64,000 nt of DNA from Macrostomum lignano. Lineage: Eukaryota. The stretch spans positions 620,001 through 684,000 of the forward strand of contig NIVC01000199.1 of assembly GCA_002269645.1 (NCBI GenBank). The letters are read 5' to 3'. The notes under the pieces are model-generated. The model was not told where the DNA came from and did no database searches. It saw only the letters and a list, made by a program, of their open reading frames with translations. Below, piece after piece: positions 40,071 to 52,496 of the stretch; the first letter of the stretch is position 1; the number at the start of each line of letters is the position of its first letter. Made by a program: the position numbers and the translations under genes.

Positions 40071-42300
40071 TTGGCTACTGGCACCAGCGCCAGTGCCAGT
40101 CACGCTGATTCATGGCCGCCTGCGGAGCCACAAGGTGACAATGCTGCTTCGCTCACTAGCACCAGTTGCACCAATTTGCTGTGGCCCGCAAAGCCACAGG
40201 GTGACAATGCTTTGCTCCCCAGCACTGGTTGCGCCAATTTACCGCCAACTTATCCAGGTCCTTTTATATTTGGTGGAGCATCTTTAACTGTTCAGGAAGC
40301 AGCTGCAGCGATCGAAAACTTTGTTAGAAAAAGCAAGCTACACAGAAAGTTGACTGCTTTGCTACTGCAATTGCTTCATAGACTTTTGCCATGTGGCAAC
40401 AGTGTTCCATGCACAAAGAAGCAGCTTGACAAGGCATTAGGAATTGCACCTATAAAGGGTCACTTTCACCCTAAAAATGCAGTTTGCCACTCCGTCTGCT
40501 GCTCCTGCAGTGTGAGTCACATTAGAGCAATGCTAGCTGAGGCGCACTGTGAGCAATGTCAGGCGCGCATCATGAATTTTTGGGTGCTTGATGTTTGCCT
40601 ACAAATGCATGTCAGGATTGATCGAAATGCGCTGCTACGCCTTGTCACCTTTCCATGTGATCAGCCATATATGCCAGGCTGTCTGAGCTTTGCAGGAAGC
40701 ATAGTGTATCAACAATTTATGCAGTGCATTCAACCACAAAATTGATGCAACCTGACATACACACTATGTATGGACAGCTTTGCAGTCACAAGAACATCTA
40801 GCACTGAAGTTTGTCTGTGTATCTTGTGAATAATGAGATAGACGACAAGGTGAAAATGCATTTCATCATACTCTATAGCTTGTGGTCAAGCAAAAAAATT
40901 GTGAGCCTTGCACTTTTTGCACTTGGTTGTACCCATGATCAACAAATTATACCAGGAGGGCTTCCCTGCTGGTGCTTCTCGGCAGATCTATCTTTATCCG
41001 CTCATTGGGATGTTTGATGCCCCTGTCTATGCCAATGCTATTGGCGTTAAGCATTAAGCATTACAATGCACACTACGGCTGCAACAAGTGTTATATAGAG
41101 ACATGCCTAATAATGAAAGATTCTTGTTACTACCTGCACGTAATGACCAATACCACTGAGTGAGCTGCAAGATGTGCCAGTTGCAGGGTGACACATCTCT
41201 ATTGTAAGCGAGATACGCTCCATCTCGCTGCAAACATCCCTCCACATGCTGATAGCTTACTCGGGGTAAGACTTCATGTAATTTCATCATAATGCATCCT
41301 TTGTATACAGATTGCTGGTCATGAAACTGTTTGTCTGCACATTGTTACAGATAAATGCTATCTCCCTATTGAGAAATCTTGATGGCTTTGATTTCGCCTC
41401 CTGTTGCCCTCCATGCTGCTTGCACCAGTTTGATATTGGCCAAATGAAGTGGCTGCTATAGCAGCTTTTTTGTCAGCGCACAAAGTGGCCGGATCTGGAT
41501 GCTGAGTCCCCAGGCTTGCATTTGCGACTGTCGGACATCAATGCAGTCATAGGCGAAATAATCATGTCCCGAAACATTCATCGCAGAAATTTTTGGTCAG
41601 TGCACAAGCTGGCTTGCTTCTATGGCCATGAGTACGCAGTGTGGGCACTTACAGTAGGTCCAATGGTCCTTGGCAAGTTTCTTTTGGATACTAAGAGCTG
41701 GGACTATTACCTACATCTACTGCTGCTGAGCTCTGCCATTTTCTGGCTCTGCTTTGAAGGCATTTTGCTTGTGGAAGTTATGCGCACGTAGACGTCCTTG
41801 GAGCATTTCTAGACGTGAGTATTATTTTCAGTTTAAGTATTAAATGCTTAGCTGTTTAAATATAATATTTTTTTCAGTCTATAGCACGCACACTTCATAT
41901 TCTAGGTGCTTACCTGTGCTGTACTTGTTGCAGGCCCTGACCTACAATTCAAACCAAGTGTGTGCACATATGATGCCCCCCGTGTTTCGATTTGGGCCTT
42001 TTCACAGACTGTCCACTTTGCTGTTTGAAGCCACCTACTTTTGTCTCTGCAGCATGATTCATGGATTGTGGCTGCAAGATATCAAAGTACTCAAATCGAT
42101 TAGTTGCCATATTGAGATGCTGCAAGACTAAGAGCCTGACGAAGTATGCACAACTGCAGTCTTTGTCAGAGGCATGAGACTGGAGAACCCAGTTCTGCAT
42201 CATATGGACAGCTTTTGTGCAGCCACTCTCCCCAGTAGACTCTACATTGAAGTCAGTGCAGGTCTAATGGACAGGGATTTGAAAACAACATCTTGCTTTG
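40071..42300 (+). mobile_element. Decayed CACTA/EnSpm-type transposase
   Basis: Fragments across frames: AIENFVRKSKL...LLQLL..LLPCGNSVP.T, C..C..C zinc knuckle, LC(M)DSFAVT..S.T, WCFSADL + HYNAHYGCNKC, LTVGPMVLGKFL...YYLHLLLLSSAIFWL, TYNSNQV..H...VFRFGP. These parallel animal EnSpm transposase motifs. Many stops and frameshifts. TIRs not found. Confidence 0.75.
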
Positions 42301-43211
42301 TAGCTACTCAAGGCCAGATAGCAACTGAGTTCATTTTCTGTTGCATAATGATTATCAAAGCTGATTTGTCAACAAAGTTGTCAATGTAACACTTAGGCCC
42401 CTCAGGACAGCGGAGCTGGTGTACTATCTGGCTATCCCACTCTGCACTTTGCCTTTGCAATCACCCGGTTGTGGATGTCATCTCTCACATGTCATGCGCC
42501 TTGTAGAGGACCCTTTCAGCAATGACAATGCAGATAACCTAAGAACAGTCGGTAGCGGCGAGATCTTGGGCATGTGCCTTGTGAGCCAAACTCATATAGT
42601 TCTGATACCAACACATAGCTATATTATTTGTAAGCTTAATATAGCTATGTAGGTCATTACTATATTGTGACGCATACAAAATCACGAGAAATGCAATCTG
42701 CTAAACTGAAAATGTTCTGTCTATATTATTCATATTGTTCATATTTGTTCATTGTTCATACTAATATAAATTACATAAAATATACATTATTAGTTGCATT
42801 TTTGCGTATTATCATGACTTGGTTTGATTTTTTACACTTTTTACATGTAAAATGTCTTAGTTTATTATTCTGACATTGACATTGGGTATCTTTCCAGACA
42901 TCCTTTTGACATTGGGTATCTAATCAAAATAGATCTAGATACTTTTAGTATATTCTGTTCATAGTAGCTTTGCACTTTTGATTTATTGTTTCTATTGTCA
43001 CTTGTGTGCACACCTATAGACATTTGCATTGTACAGTCCTTGTTTTAAGCTTTAGCATTACTGTTCACAGCACCAAAACCTTGTTACAACTTGCTATATA
43101 TGCAATATAAAAAAATTACATTACTTAACTAAGGATTCTACAGTCTATGTCCATGCTTCTATAGTATAATCTACAGCCCTATGGGTCCTCCAGTTGGCAA
43201 GTTAGTTTCTA

Positions 43212-43820
43212 GTGACCGAGGTAGTCATATGTGTAATTATACTAACAATGCCTATAATTATAAAATATGCCACAACTTTTAGCACATATCGGCTTTTGAT
43301 ATTTGCAAGTGAGCACATTTTGGCTTTTGATGTTTGCGAGTACCCATCGTGGGTTGCAGTGCAACTGGATACCTGCACATTACTGCCAGTCGATCTTTTG
43401 GATCTGTATAGCCAAATGTCCTTGTGTGAGGCACCGGTCCTAAAAACCAACTGCCTCATCCTTCTTTTCCTCTGTGAACTGGCTGTCATTGAATTGGATG
43501 GGTACTTCACTGCTACTTTATGCGACAACATCTTTGTGTCTGCAGAAGCAGTTGTTGATGTCTGGGCAACAAGGTTGTTTCCAGACATCCTACCTGGCGC
43601 AACTATGTTGCTGGATTCCCCAAAGGTTTTCCGATTAAGAGATGGTGCCTGCCCCGCCACCATAGACTTAGCCAATGGCACGAGTATCACCTTTAGCGTG
43701 CGAGTGGAGTGCATTTGGCGGGTATATCCATGTCCCACAGTAAGCTTTTTCCTATGTCTAATTCATCTATCTATGCAGCAATCCAATACTGACAAGAGAG
43801 CCCCCAACCTTCTTGGCTAA
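43212..43820 (+). pseudogene. Accessory ORF remnant of unknown function within the CACTA relic
   Basis: 202-codon open frame with protein-like composition in the central part; no family recognised. Confidence 0.3.
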
Positions 43821-43924
43821 TTAACAGATCATTCTGGAACATCTAAAACAGGAAAATAAGTGCAGTAACTTCTATGCTTATATGGACGCATCTGTATTTA
43901 AGAAGCCTTGACTGCAGACTCGGG

Positions 43925-44100
43925 CTGGTGACCAGGCATAGGCGAGAGGCAGGGTGAGACACAAGACGAGATGCAGGGCAAGATGCAGGGTGAGACGCAG
44001 GGCAAGATGTAAGGCAAGATGCAAGGAGAGTCACAAGGCAAAATGCAAGGCAAGATGCAGGGCGAGATGTAAGGCAAGACACAAGGTGAGGCCACATCAG
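43925..44100. repeat. Degenerate short-period repeat (gcagggcaagat-like)
   Basis: Direct reading. Confidence 0.7.
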
Positions 44101-44569
44101 CTGATCTAGATAAGTCTCTAGCCTTTATTGTATATGAGTGCATGTGCCACTTGGGACGAGGAGGCTTTTGTTACCAGCACTCGTAACCAACTTATGATTT
44201 TGCTTAAAACTTTTTGCCTATTTATAACCTCTTGCACTTAAGTGCTTTTCCATTGCACCTTGTACTTTTATATATAAAAACAAGTATTTTATCTGCATTG
44301 TAACTCTTCTGATTCCACTGCATGAGTCGTTTTTCATATTGGGACAACTATATTTGGGGAGTATATATTTTGAATATATATAAAAACATTTGGTCTTGAT
44401 ATGGACACTTTGTTCCAAACAATTTGATATTTGCTATTGTATTCTTTTATTAACTGCGGCTATATGTCATGAGATCTCACCATATCTGCATGTGTAAATA
44501 TGTACAGTTTCCATACAAATTACAGACTTTTAGGCCCATCTACCACAAAGATACTATCCAAGGTTACCT

Positions 44570-45710
44570 TCTGCAGAGACTTACTGGATTGTCCAGTTTA
44601 AGATAAGCAAGCAACAATGCGCCATTGTTAACAATAAAGACATTTGATGCCGGCGTCGATCTGGACAATGGATATTAAACTATTGGGCAAGACATTTCTG
44701 TCGTCATAGCCAAGATGAACAAAAAAAGTGCAGTGCAACATCTGGCCAAGCTTGTGAAAGGCCCATATGACAGCATAGACCAGGCCAAAAAGTACCTAAA
44801 GCTCTGCCATGCCAGTAAAGAGTCGGAGAAAGCTCAGACTATGCATTCAGATGCCTAAGATATCTGCGCAGAGTGCATCAGGAAGGATGAACAACTGAAA
44901 AAATGGAAGAGTGAGACATTGGCTCTGCATCAAAAATGGGATGAAACATTAAAGCAGTTTGAAGAGCAAGATCGCACCTTTAACACCTTCCAAGATGCAA
45001 CTTTGTAACTTCAAGAGCAGCTGACCAATGCCAAAGTGCAAGCTGCACAGACAAAGTGGCACGCTTTGTTGTCTGTCACTGCCGCAATAACTTCTGTGGC
45101 TGAAGGCAAATTCAGCGATGATGACAATGAAGACTGCGAGACTGCTGCGCCACTGGACAGCAGTCGACATTTATAAGATCAACTGCCGGTTGAAGTCTAA
45201 CACTGACTGCGTTCTCATCCCACTATCTGCGGCTTTTCCGGAGATGCAAGTAATGGCATATAATTTACAGTATTCTACCATTTTGTATGTCAAATATATT
45301 TTCTAAGATAAATTAGAATAAAAATGTGCAGATTTACTGTGCCCCGCTTTTTCGGACACACTTCTTGTAGGTGCGATCTATTGACCATACATTTATTCAG
45401 AGCCAAATTGATGAATATAAGCATTGTGAGGATGTCAATGTGTTGACTAAATGTCTTGGAAGTCTGTTGTGCTTCTTCATTCGGGCGCTCTTCAGTGAGG
45501 AGGAGCTGCAACAGACTTTGTTTACTGGCAGTAGCTCCAGCAACAAAGTTTGGCTGCTTGCAGATAGCAACAAACTTTAACATTTTAAGAATTTTAACAA
45601 TGTTATAATTCAACACCTAGCAAACAATGACATGAAAGTACCTCATGCCCACCTTCAGCATGATTACGCAGCATGTGTTGATGCCATATGGCAGTCGAAG
45701 AAGTGTCGGG
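44570..45710 (+). pseudogene. Decayed coiled-coil + BEN-domain-like gene, probable transposon accessory gene
   Basis: Heptad-rich segment (LKKWKSETLALHQKWDETLKQFEEQ...LQEQLTNAK), then FIRALFSEEELQQTLFTG...KVWLLADSNKL and DYAACVDAI.QSKKCR, resembling the BEN consensus (L..LF..EEL...SL.G...LD..KL...AI..KC). Confidence 0.55.
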
Positions 45711-46134
45711 CTGGGGCTAGAGGATGTCCTGTTCTGTTTGCCTGAGCTATTTTTACTATCCTACCTTTTTATTACTCAATATTATAACTAAACTATTATT
45801 CTTTTGCTATTGTAGTATTGATCTAGTTACTAAACAAATAACAACTAGAATTAAACAAGAAATAAACCAAATTAAAGATTAACAACTCATTTTTCATATA
45901 CAAATTTTGATAATGACTAGTAGGAAGACCCACTTTGCGGGTCCCAAACAGTTTTTCAAGCAAGCACTTTTCTTGATCTTTGACAACCCGCGAGAAGACA
46001 GAAAGATCAGCCAGAGACAGCCCTCTAGAAAACAGGCACATGAAGCAAAGACAACCCAGTAGAAAGCAGGTAGCAATTTTATCCGCTCCACGGGTCCAAA
46101 CAAAAACACCATCGGTTGATTGTAACTCCTGCCA

Positions 46135-46670
46135 TTATACAGTTTACAACAGCACCCGTTAGACAGTTTACAACAGCACCCGTTAGACAGTTTACAAAAG
46201 CACCCATTAGACAGTTACAACAGCACCCGTTAATTTACAACAGCACCCATTAGACAGTTATAACAGCACCCATTAGACAGTTATAACAGCACCCATTAGA
46301 CAGTTTACAACAGCACCCATTAGACAGTTTACAACAGCACCCATTAGACAGTTACAATAGCACCCGTTAGACAGTTTACAACAGCACCCGTTAGACAGTT
46401 TACAATAGCACCCGTTAGACAATTAAAATAGCACCCGTTAGACAGTTACAACAGCACCCATTAGACAGTTTACAACAGCACCCCTTAGACAGTTTACAAC
46501 AGCACCCATTAGACAGTTTACAATAGCACCCATTAGACAATTACAACAGCACCCATTAGACAGTTTATAACAGCACCCCTTAGACAGTTTACAATAGTAC
46601 CAGTTAGACAGTTACAACAGCACCCATTAGACAGTTACAACAGTACCCGTTAGACAGTTACAACTGTCTA
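46135..46670. repeat. Minisatellite, 23-24-bp unit (acagcacccrttagacagtttaca), ~22 copies
   Basis: Direct reading. Confidence 0.95.
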
Positions 46671-47904
46671 ATAAGTGTTACAAAAGCTTTAATTAAAAAA
46701 AACTTTACTCTAAAAATTTGAACCATCGTCCCTACATTTAACAGTTCAATCTGTTTACCTCTAGGCTAGCTCTTATTTACATAACGTGAATTTTAGCACT
46801 TATATATATAATTCAACAGTTTCAAAACTCTAAGCATAGAGTAAATCACACAAAGCAGTTATGACATAATCAATTTCTCAGTTAGTCAGTATACATTAAC
46901 AATATGGTTATGCAATCTAAATCAAGTCTGGTGCTATGCTTCCACACTGCATTTTCAATACTGTGATGCAATTCAAGTCAGAGTTACAATTCAATTATGA
47001 TGCAATCTATTTCAGAATCAGAATTCAACCAGTCAGTTTTTTTCTAGCATTTTTACAATGCATTTCAAGTTGAAAAAGCTGCTTGACCTTTGCAAAAAAA
47101 GCATGTTTTTCGAATATTTAATCCCTTTAATACTGATCAATTTCTTAGCAAAATCTGCCATATCACCGCCGGAAAATTTACAAGCTAACAGTGCAAGTCC
47201 TGTGAAGATTGGTCTTGTGGTTTATTCTAAAACATGAACTTCACAAACAGACAGACATAGTCAACTTTAGTTATATAGATTTTGATTTTTAGTATATTGG
47301 ACTTGTGGAATTCAATTTATATTATAGACAAGCATTTTTTGGAACCTATTTAAAACTAAATTAAATATTGGAAACTACAATCTATTTTTCATTTAGTTTT
47401 TAATGAACAATTTAGATTATATAGGCTATGGGATAATATTATATCATTATATTATTATCAAGCTACTTAGCTTAGGTACTTAGTATTATATGGCATATAT
47501 TTCTTTTTATTTGTTAGTTATTATTTTTATACATTTTTCAACTTGTAATAACAATTACTGAATTAGTGATAAAAAATAGTTTAACAAAGTTTTAGTCTGT
47601 TGAAAGAGCCAGATGGCTTTGGTTGACTTATAGAGGATATGGTTCAACTATGCGATATAGGAATTGCCTAGGCCATTGAAGGCCTATTGCTATGGAAAGT
47701 GCAAGGGGTACCAGTCTTTTCAGTGACAAGTTGTTTGAGACTAGATAAGCTTGGAATATTTTCTGATAAGGTTTGCACTATAGCTTAAGCTTACAAATAT
47801 CAGATTTAGGCCTATTAAACATAGAACCACTTACTTAGGCTGACCATGTAAAACCATTTAAAACAATATAGATTACATAGTCCTAGTAATAGCAATAGAA
47901 TAAA

Positions 47905-48500
47905 CCCACACTCAGGAAGGTGTACATTATGGCGGAAAATTCCGGCGCACATCAACGAAAAATGTGCGCGAAGTGGCGCACACGGCGCACAACCAAGGCT
48001 TAGCAGAAGTTTTTAGCGCACATTGGCGCACAGCAAAACCCGATCAGAAAAAATTAGCCCACAATGAGTCACCTAAATGTATAATCTGCATATGCAGTGC
48101 ATAAAATATGCTTTAAGATTAAGTTTTTTCCAAGTTTATCAATGAAAAAGTGTTTCTTGGTAAGTGAAACGAATAATAAAATTCAAAATGGTATTTTACC
48201 GTAAAGTTAAAGCTATTTTTTGATAATTTTCTAGGTGAGCTAAAATAAAACAAAAGTTCTGAGTCGAAAAAAAAGCCTACATAAAGTACGAAAATTTATC
48301 CGTTTGTTTAGTTTTGTTTTAATTATATTTTTACCGAGTTTTTTGTGCTACGGCTCATTAGTACTCTAGCTATGTATTTGTCAATAAACAAATGTAGACC
48401 TCTGCGCACAAATTCATATTTTAGCTTCGCGCACAGCGCACACTCCAAAAATATGCTGAAATATATTCCCGCGCACACGTGACACCTTCCTGAGTGTGGG
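47905..48500. mobile_element. Young MITE (596 bp) with CCC termini
   Basis: 19-bp perfect TIR CCCACACTCAGGAAGGTGT...ACACCTTCCTGAGTGTGGG, flanked on both sides by AATAAA (47899-47904, 48501-48506). Internally CpG-rich. Confidence 0.85.
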
Positions 48501-48719
48501 AATAAACTTGCATCCTGAACTGATGCCTGGCTTACAGTGGATTGGATTGTATCCTGAGGTGGGGGTGGAGAAGAAAAAGGATTTCTTCGCGGTTGGGCGG
48601 CTTCTGTAATAGTTCTCAATTTGCGTGCGCGTGCACTTCTAGTGTTTTCGGGTGTTTTCTCCGTATTTCTTTCTGCGTCACCCCACCCCTGCGTATAGCC
48701 TTTTCTAGAAATTTCTTTT

Positions 48720-49600
48720 TGTTTCTGATTGGCTGAAAACGCGTGAATAACGAGCCCCAACCAATAGAGTGCTTAGTGCCTACCCTATCGGCAAAATCCG
48801 ATTGGTTAGGATTTTCTAAGCTGCGTTTTTCACCCTGCCCTCCCCCATCGTGGTCAGTCTATTTAATCAAGCAAGCTGGAACGCAAATAAATCAAGGCTC
48901 TGACTAAAGAAGTCCCGGCAGTTTAAACTCAAGAACATTACGCGGCTACACTTCTAACGTTTGAATTCCCACCGGCGTTGCGTTCGCACAAATAAATCCG
49001 GAAAATCGCGCAGACGAATCACAACGTATTTCTTTCTCCTGTGTAGTGAGTCGCTAGTTTAGTTAGGCGCCGCACTAGTCAGCTGTTGCCCTCGCCCTCT
49101 CCCCAGGCTTCTGTCTGCCGCTGGGCGGTTGCCTGTCCCTCTCGCCTGTCCTCTGGCCTGTCCCCTGCCCGTTTGCCTGTCTGTCTGTTTGTCCTCGTTT
49201 GCCCCTTTTGTTTCGTTTTCCCTTTTGCAGTGCCCAGACAGCTTGGTCTAGCCTGCCTCTGTTTCGTTCTCTGTCAAGAATCTCCAAATTTGGAGTGCCG
49301 TTCTGCTTTCCGGTCTCACGGTCACGAGTGCCTTCACTTCTTTCCTTCACTTCTTCCTTCTTTAGTCCAAAGTGCAATGCTTTCATCATTTTACGCTGGG
49401 CTCGTGTTTATGGGGAGATCACGTGCGCCCGGACCCCTGCCTCCTCTGAGGCAGAATCCGCTTGTTTGTTGCTAAAAATAGTAACAGAGTCACTCATGAC
49501 TCCCAGCGGGGGTCTTTCGTGGTATGGTGCAATCGATCCTCCCTATATATAAAGGCAGCCCCTCTCATGGCTTGGCTCAGACAAGCCTCTTTGTAACCCT
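48720..49600. mobile_element. CpG-intact relative of the 33.3-35.4 kb element (promoter + leader, antisense charged ORF, MEF2/AP-1-like module, TATA)
   Basis: Shared blocks ttaggc..c.cacta, ttgccctcgccct, ctgtctgcc.ctgggc, CTAAAAATAG(t)AACAGAGTCAC (49472). TATATATAAA at 49544. Class unassigned. Confidence 0.5.
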
Positions 49601-49677
49601 CGTTTTCACCCGTTCCTGTTTTCGAGCCCGAGATTTTCTCAGTTCCAGTCTCTAAGTTTGTGTGCCAAGTTTACGCT

Positions 49678-50230
49678 TTAATCAGCTTTCCAGATATTCA
49701 ATGGCGGAGATTCCGAAAAATTCTAATGTATTCAAATGGGGGAATTCGGGAAAATCAATCAGGAATTGCCAAGCTGTAGTAATAAACTCAGATTTGAGAT
49801 TCTACAGATCATTAGAGCGTGCCAGTCGGTGTCTTCCGCAGAAATAATCATGTCTCTAGCTTAATCAGCTTTCCAGATATTCAATGGCGGAGATTCCGAA
49901 AAATTCTAATGTATTCAAATGGGGGAATTCGGGAAAATCAATCAGGAATTGCCAAGCTGTAGTAATAAACTCAGATTTGAGATTCTACAGATCATTAGAG
50001 CGTGCCAGTCGGTGTCTTCCGCAGAAAGAATCATGTCTCTAGCTTAATCAGCTTTCCAGATATTCAATGGCGGAGATTCCGAAAAATTCTAATGTATTCA
50101 AATGGGGGAATTCGGGAAAATCAATCAGGAATTGCCAAGCTGTAGTAATAAACTCAGATTTGAGATTCTACAGATCATTAGAGCGTGCCAGTCGGTGTCT
50201 TCCGCAGAAAGAATCATGTCTCTAGCTTAA
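49678..50230. repeat. Three near-identical tandem copies of a 183-bp unit
   Basis: atcagctttcc at 49681, 49864 and 50047. Confidence 0.95.
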
Positions 50231-52090
50231 ACTATCTGGAAATGTCTCAAAGAACAGAATAACAGGTAGCATATTCTCAGTTTTAAAGAATGACCACCCT
50301 CGCCGCAGAAAATAGGGCGATCAAATTGTTGGTCCCAAATATCCCGGTCAAATTGGGGCGGTCAAATTGCGGCGGTCAAATTGTGGCGGTCAGTTGTCGG
50401 TGTCCCCGGCTGCTTCGTCCGTCCGTCTGACGAAGAGCGTCGAGACCAAGGCCCTGTTCCAGAGGGCCATGCAGCTACAACGCTCGCCCGCCATCCTGCG
50501 CCGGCAGTGACGTCAACTGGTAAGCCATGTGATCTGGGCCGAGAGCTACTGACCCCAGCCTCTATAGGACTGCTGCTGTGCTCGCCTTGCAGTAGGTCCC
50601 AGTTATGCAGTGCCCATGCAGGCGTGAATCCGTCAATACGTGAACTGCCTTCGGAAATGAAATCACCTTGGGTATTTCTTATTGCCGGAATCTGGATATT
50701 GACTTCAGGAATGGTCGGCACCGGAGAAAATATGTTGCCCCGTGCATAAATTTTTACGAGTTGCTCAAAAAATTACTCATTTATGGAAAAACCATTTGTA
50801 AAATTGTCTCATGAAAGCGCTTTAGTAGCTTTGAATAATGAGCTGAATCAAACTAATCAACGGCTGGGCTGGCAACTGCTAAAACTTTAAATGGTAGTAA
50901 AGCTGCGTTGTAGAATTTAATGCACTTTAATCTATATGAGTAAGAATATGTTGTTCCCCGCTTGTTTCATTTACGGGTTTCGGCGACGCATATGAACCTA
51001 TGGGGCACGCTTAATGTATTCACTTGTCAGGGTTTTTGTTGCCCTGTTAGATATTCAATCATTATTTGTAATGTTGCGCATAGACAACCTTTTTCGTGAT
51101 ACTAATGGATATCGTGTTGCCTCCACTCTATTCCCCATTCCTAATTAAATATATCTTTTGGGGAATATTATGAACTATAGTTTCAATCTTGACATTAATA
51201 CAGCGCTGCCTATCGCTTTTGTGGAAAATGGTGAATATAGAAATGTCTATGTAGCAAAGTGCTTTTTTAGTCCATTTCTCCAAGTTTTTAGGAAATTTCT
51301 ACACAATTCGGAAACCAGGGAACAGTTGGTAAAAGACTTATGATTCAAAGTACCTGAGAACACGGATGAGGAGCTAATTTCTACCAGTCGAACCGAAACA
51401 TTTTTCTGGAGATTTTAGGCAAAGATGTCACTCCAACTAAAACAGGGAGTGACATCTTTGTTTATAAAATACTTGGTTTTACTTAACATTATAATTCGGA
51501 GGAACTCTTACCTAGTCCCTAATTAAAGAAATTTTTACCTTAAAGTTACCTAGAAGTGGAAAGATAAAAATACGAAAAACTCATCTAAAAAATCCAAGTG
51601 GTCACACTCTATTCATAGTACCACGAAAACTACGAATGATTATTTTGCAACATTTAAATTTAGTTGATGCTCGAAATCTATTGTATTCGCAAAAATTCTA
51701 TTCAATTTTCAAAGAGTCAAATTTTCAAAAAGCGAACTCGTCACCTATCCAAAGTAACCTGATTCTCGCAAGATTTTCCTATAAATACAAGCCGAAATCA
51801 GAGCTAAAAATCTCATACTCGGAACAGCCTCTGAAGATCTTAAGCTTGCTGGAGCAGATAAATGAGGCTACATCTCTGAGGGAAATCAATACCGGTCGGT
51901 AAGCCACTGTTCGAGCCTTTGTTATTTGATTTATTGAGAGCGATTTTATTGCCGGCCGCTACTGATCAGTTGAATATACTGAGTTTACTGAGTCTGAGGC
52001 CTCCCCTTTTCCTAAGGGATTGGATAGGATCTGCGGACCGATTCCGATACCCTTAGAGGATTAGTGATTAATTGATTTGGTTATCCTAGA

Positions 52091-52496
52091 TTAAACCACT
52101 TTAAAGCTCACTTTCAGGGAGGTTATTGACATAGATTTGATTTTGCGGAATTTAATCGATCACTTTCCCGGATATATTGCAAGGATTATTGTATGTATCT
52201 AAATAAGCGAGCTTCTCTCTTCTCTTCCATCGTGACTCGAGAAATTTCTTAATGAAATTTTGTCTATGGTAAGAATGTGGGGGCTTCGCCCCCACACCCC
52301 CAGCAGGGGCTTCGCCCCCACACCCCCATCCCCAACTTCAACCATAGACATACAAGTATGGGTCCTGGATTTATCTGAATACATCCCGCAAAATTAAAGT
52401 AGTTTAAATAAGATATTCTATGGATTTTTCGGTCGGTATTTCACTTGCTCTCGGGATTTAATCACATACCGACCTCGAACCCATAGAATATCTTAT
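52091..52496 (-). mobile_element. ~400-bp element with GGGGCTTCGCCCC hairpins and a terminal stem-loop (left copy of an inverted pair)
   Basis: Near-identical reverse complement of 53965-54352. Outer end TTAA; inner end a 16-bp stem ATAAGATATTCTATGG/CCATAGAATATCTTAT. Confidence 0.85.

Noticed and set aside
50360-50750. GC-rich island with ORF fragments
   Set aside because: Looks coding-derived, but all protein-like frames are interrupted and no family was recognised. Left unassigned; needs a translated search.
51100-52090. AT-rich ORF fragments, possibly viral or TE
   Set aside because: Short, interrupted, with no diagnostic motif.
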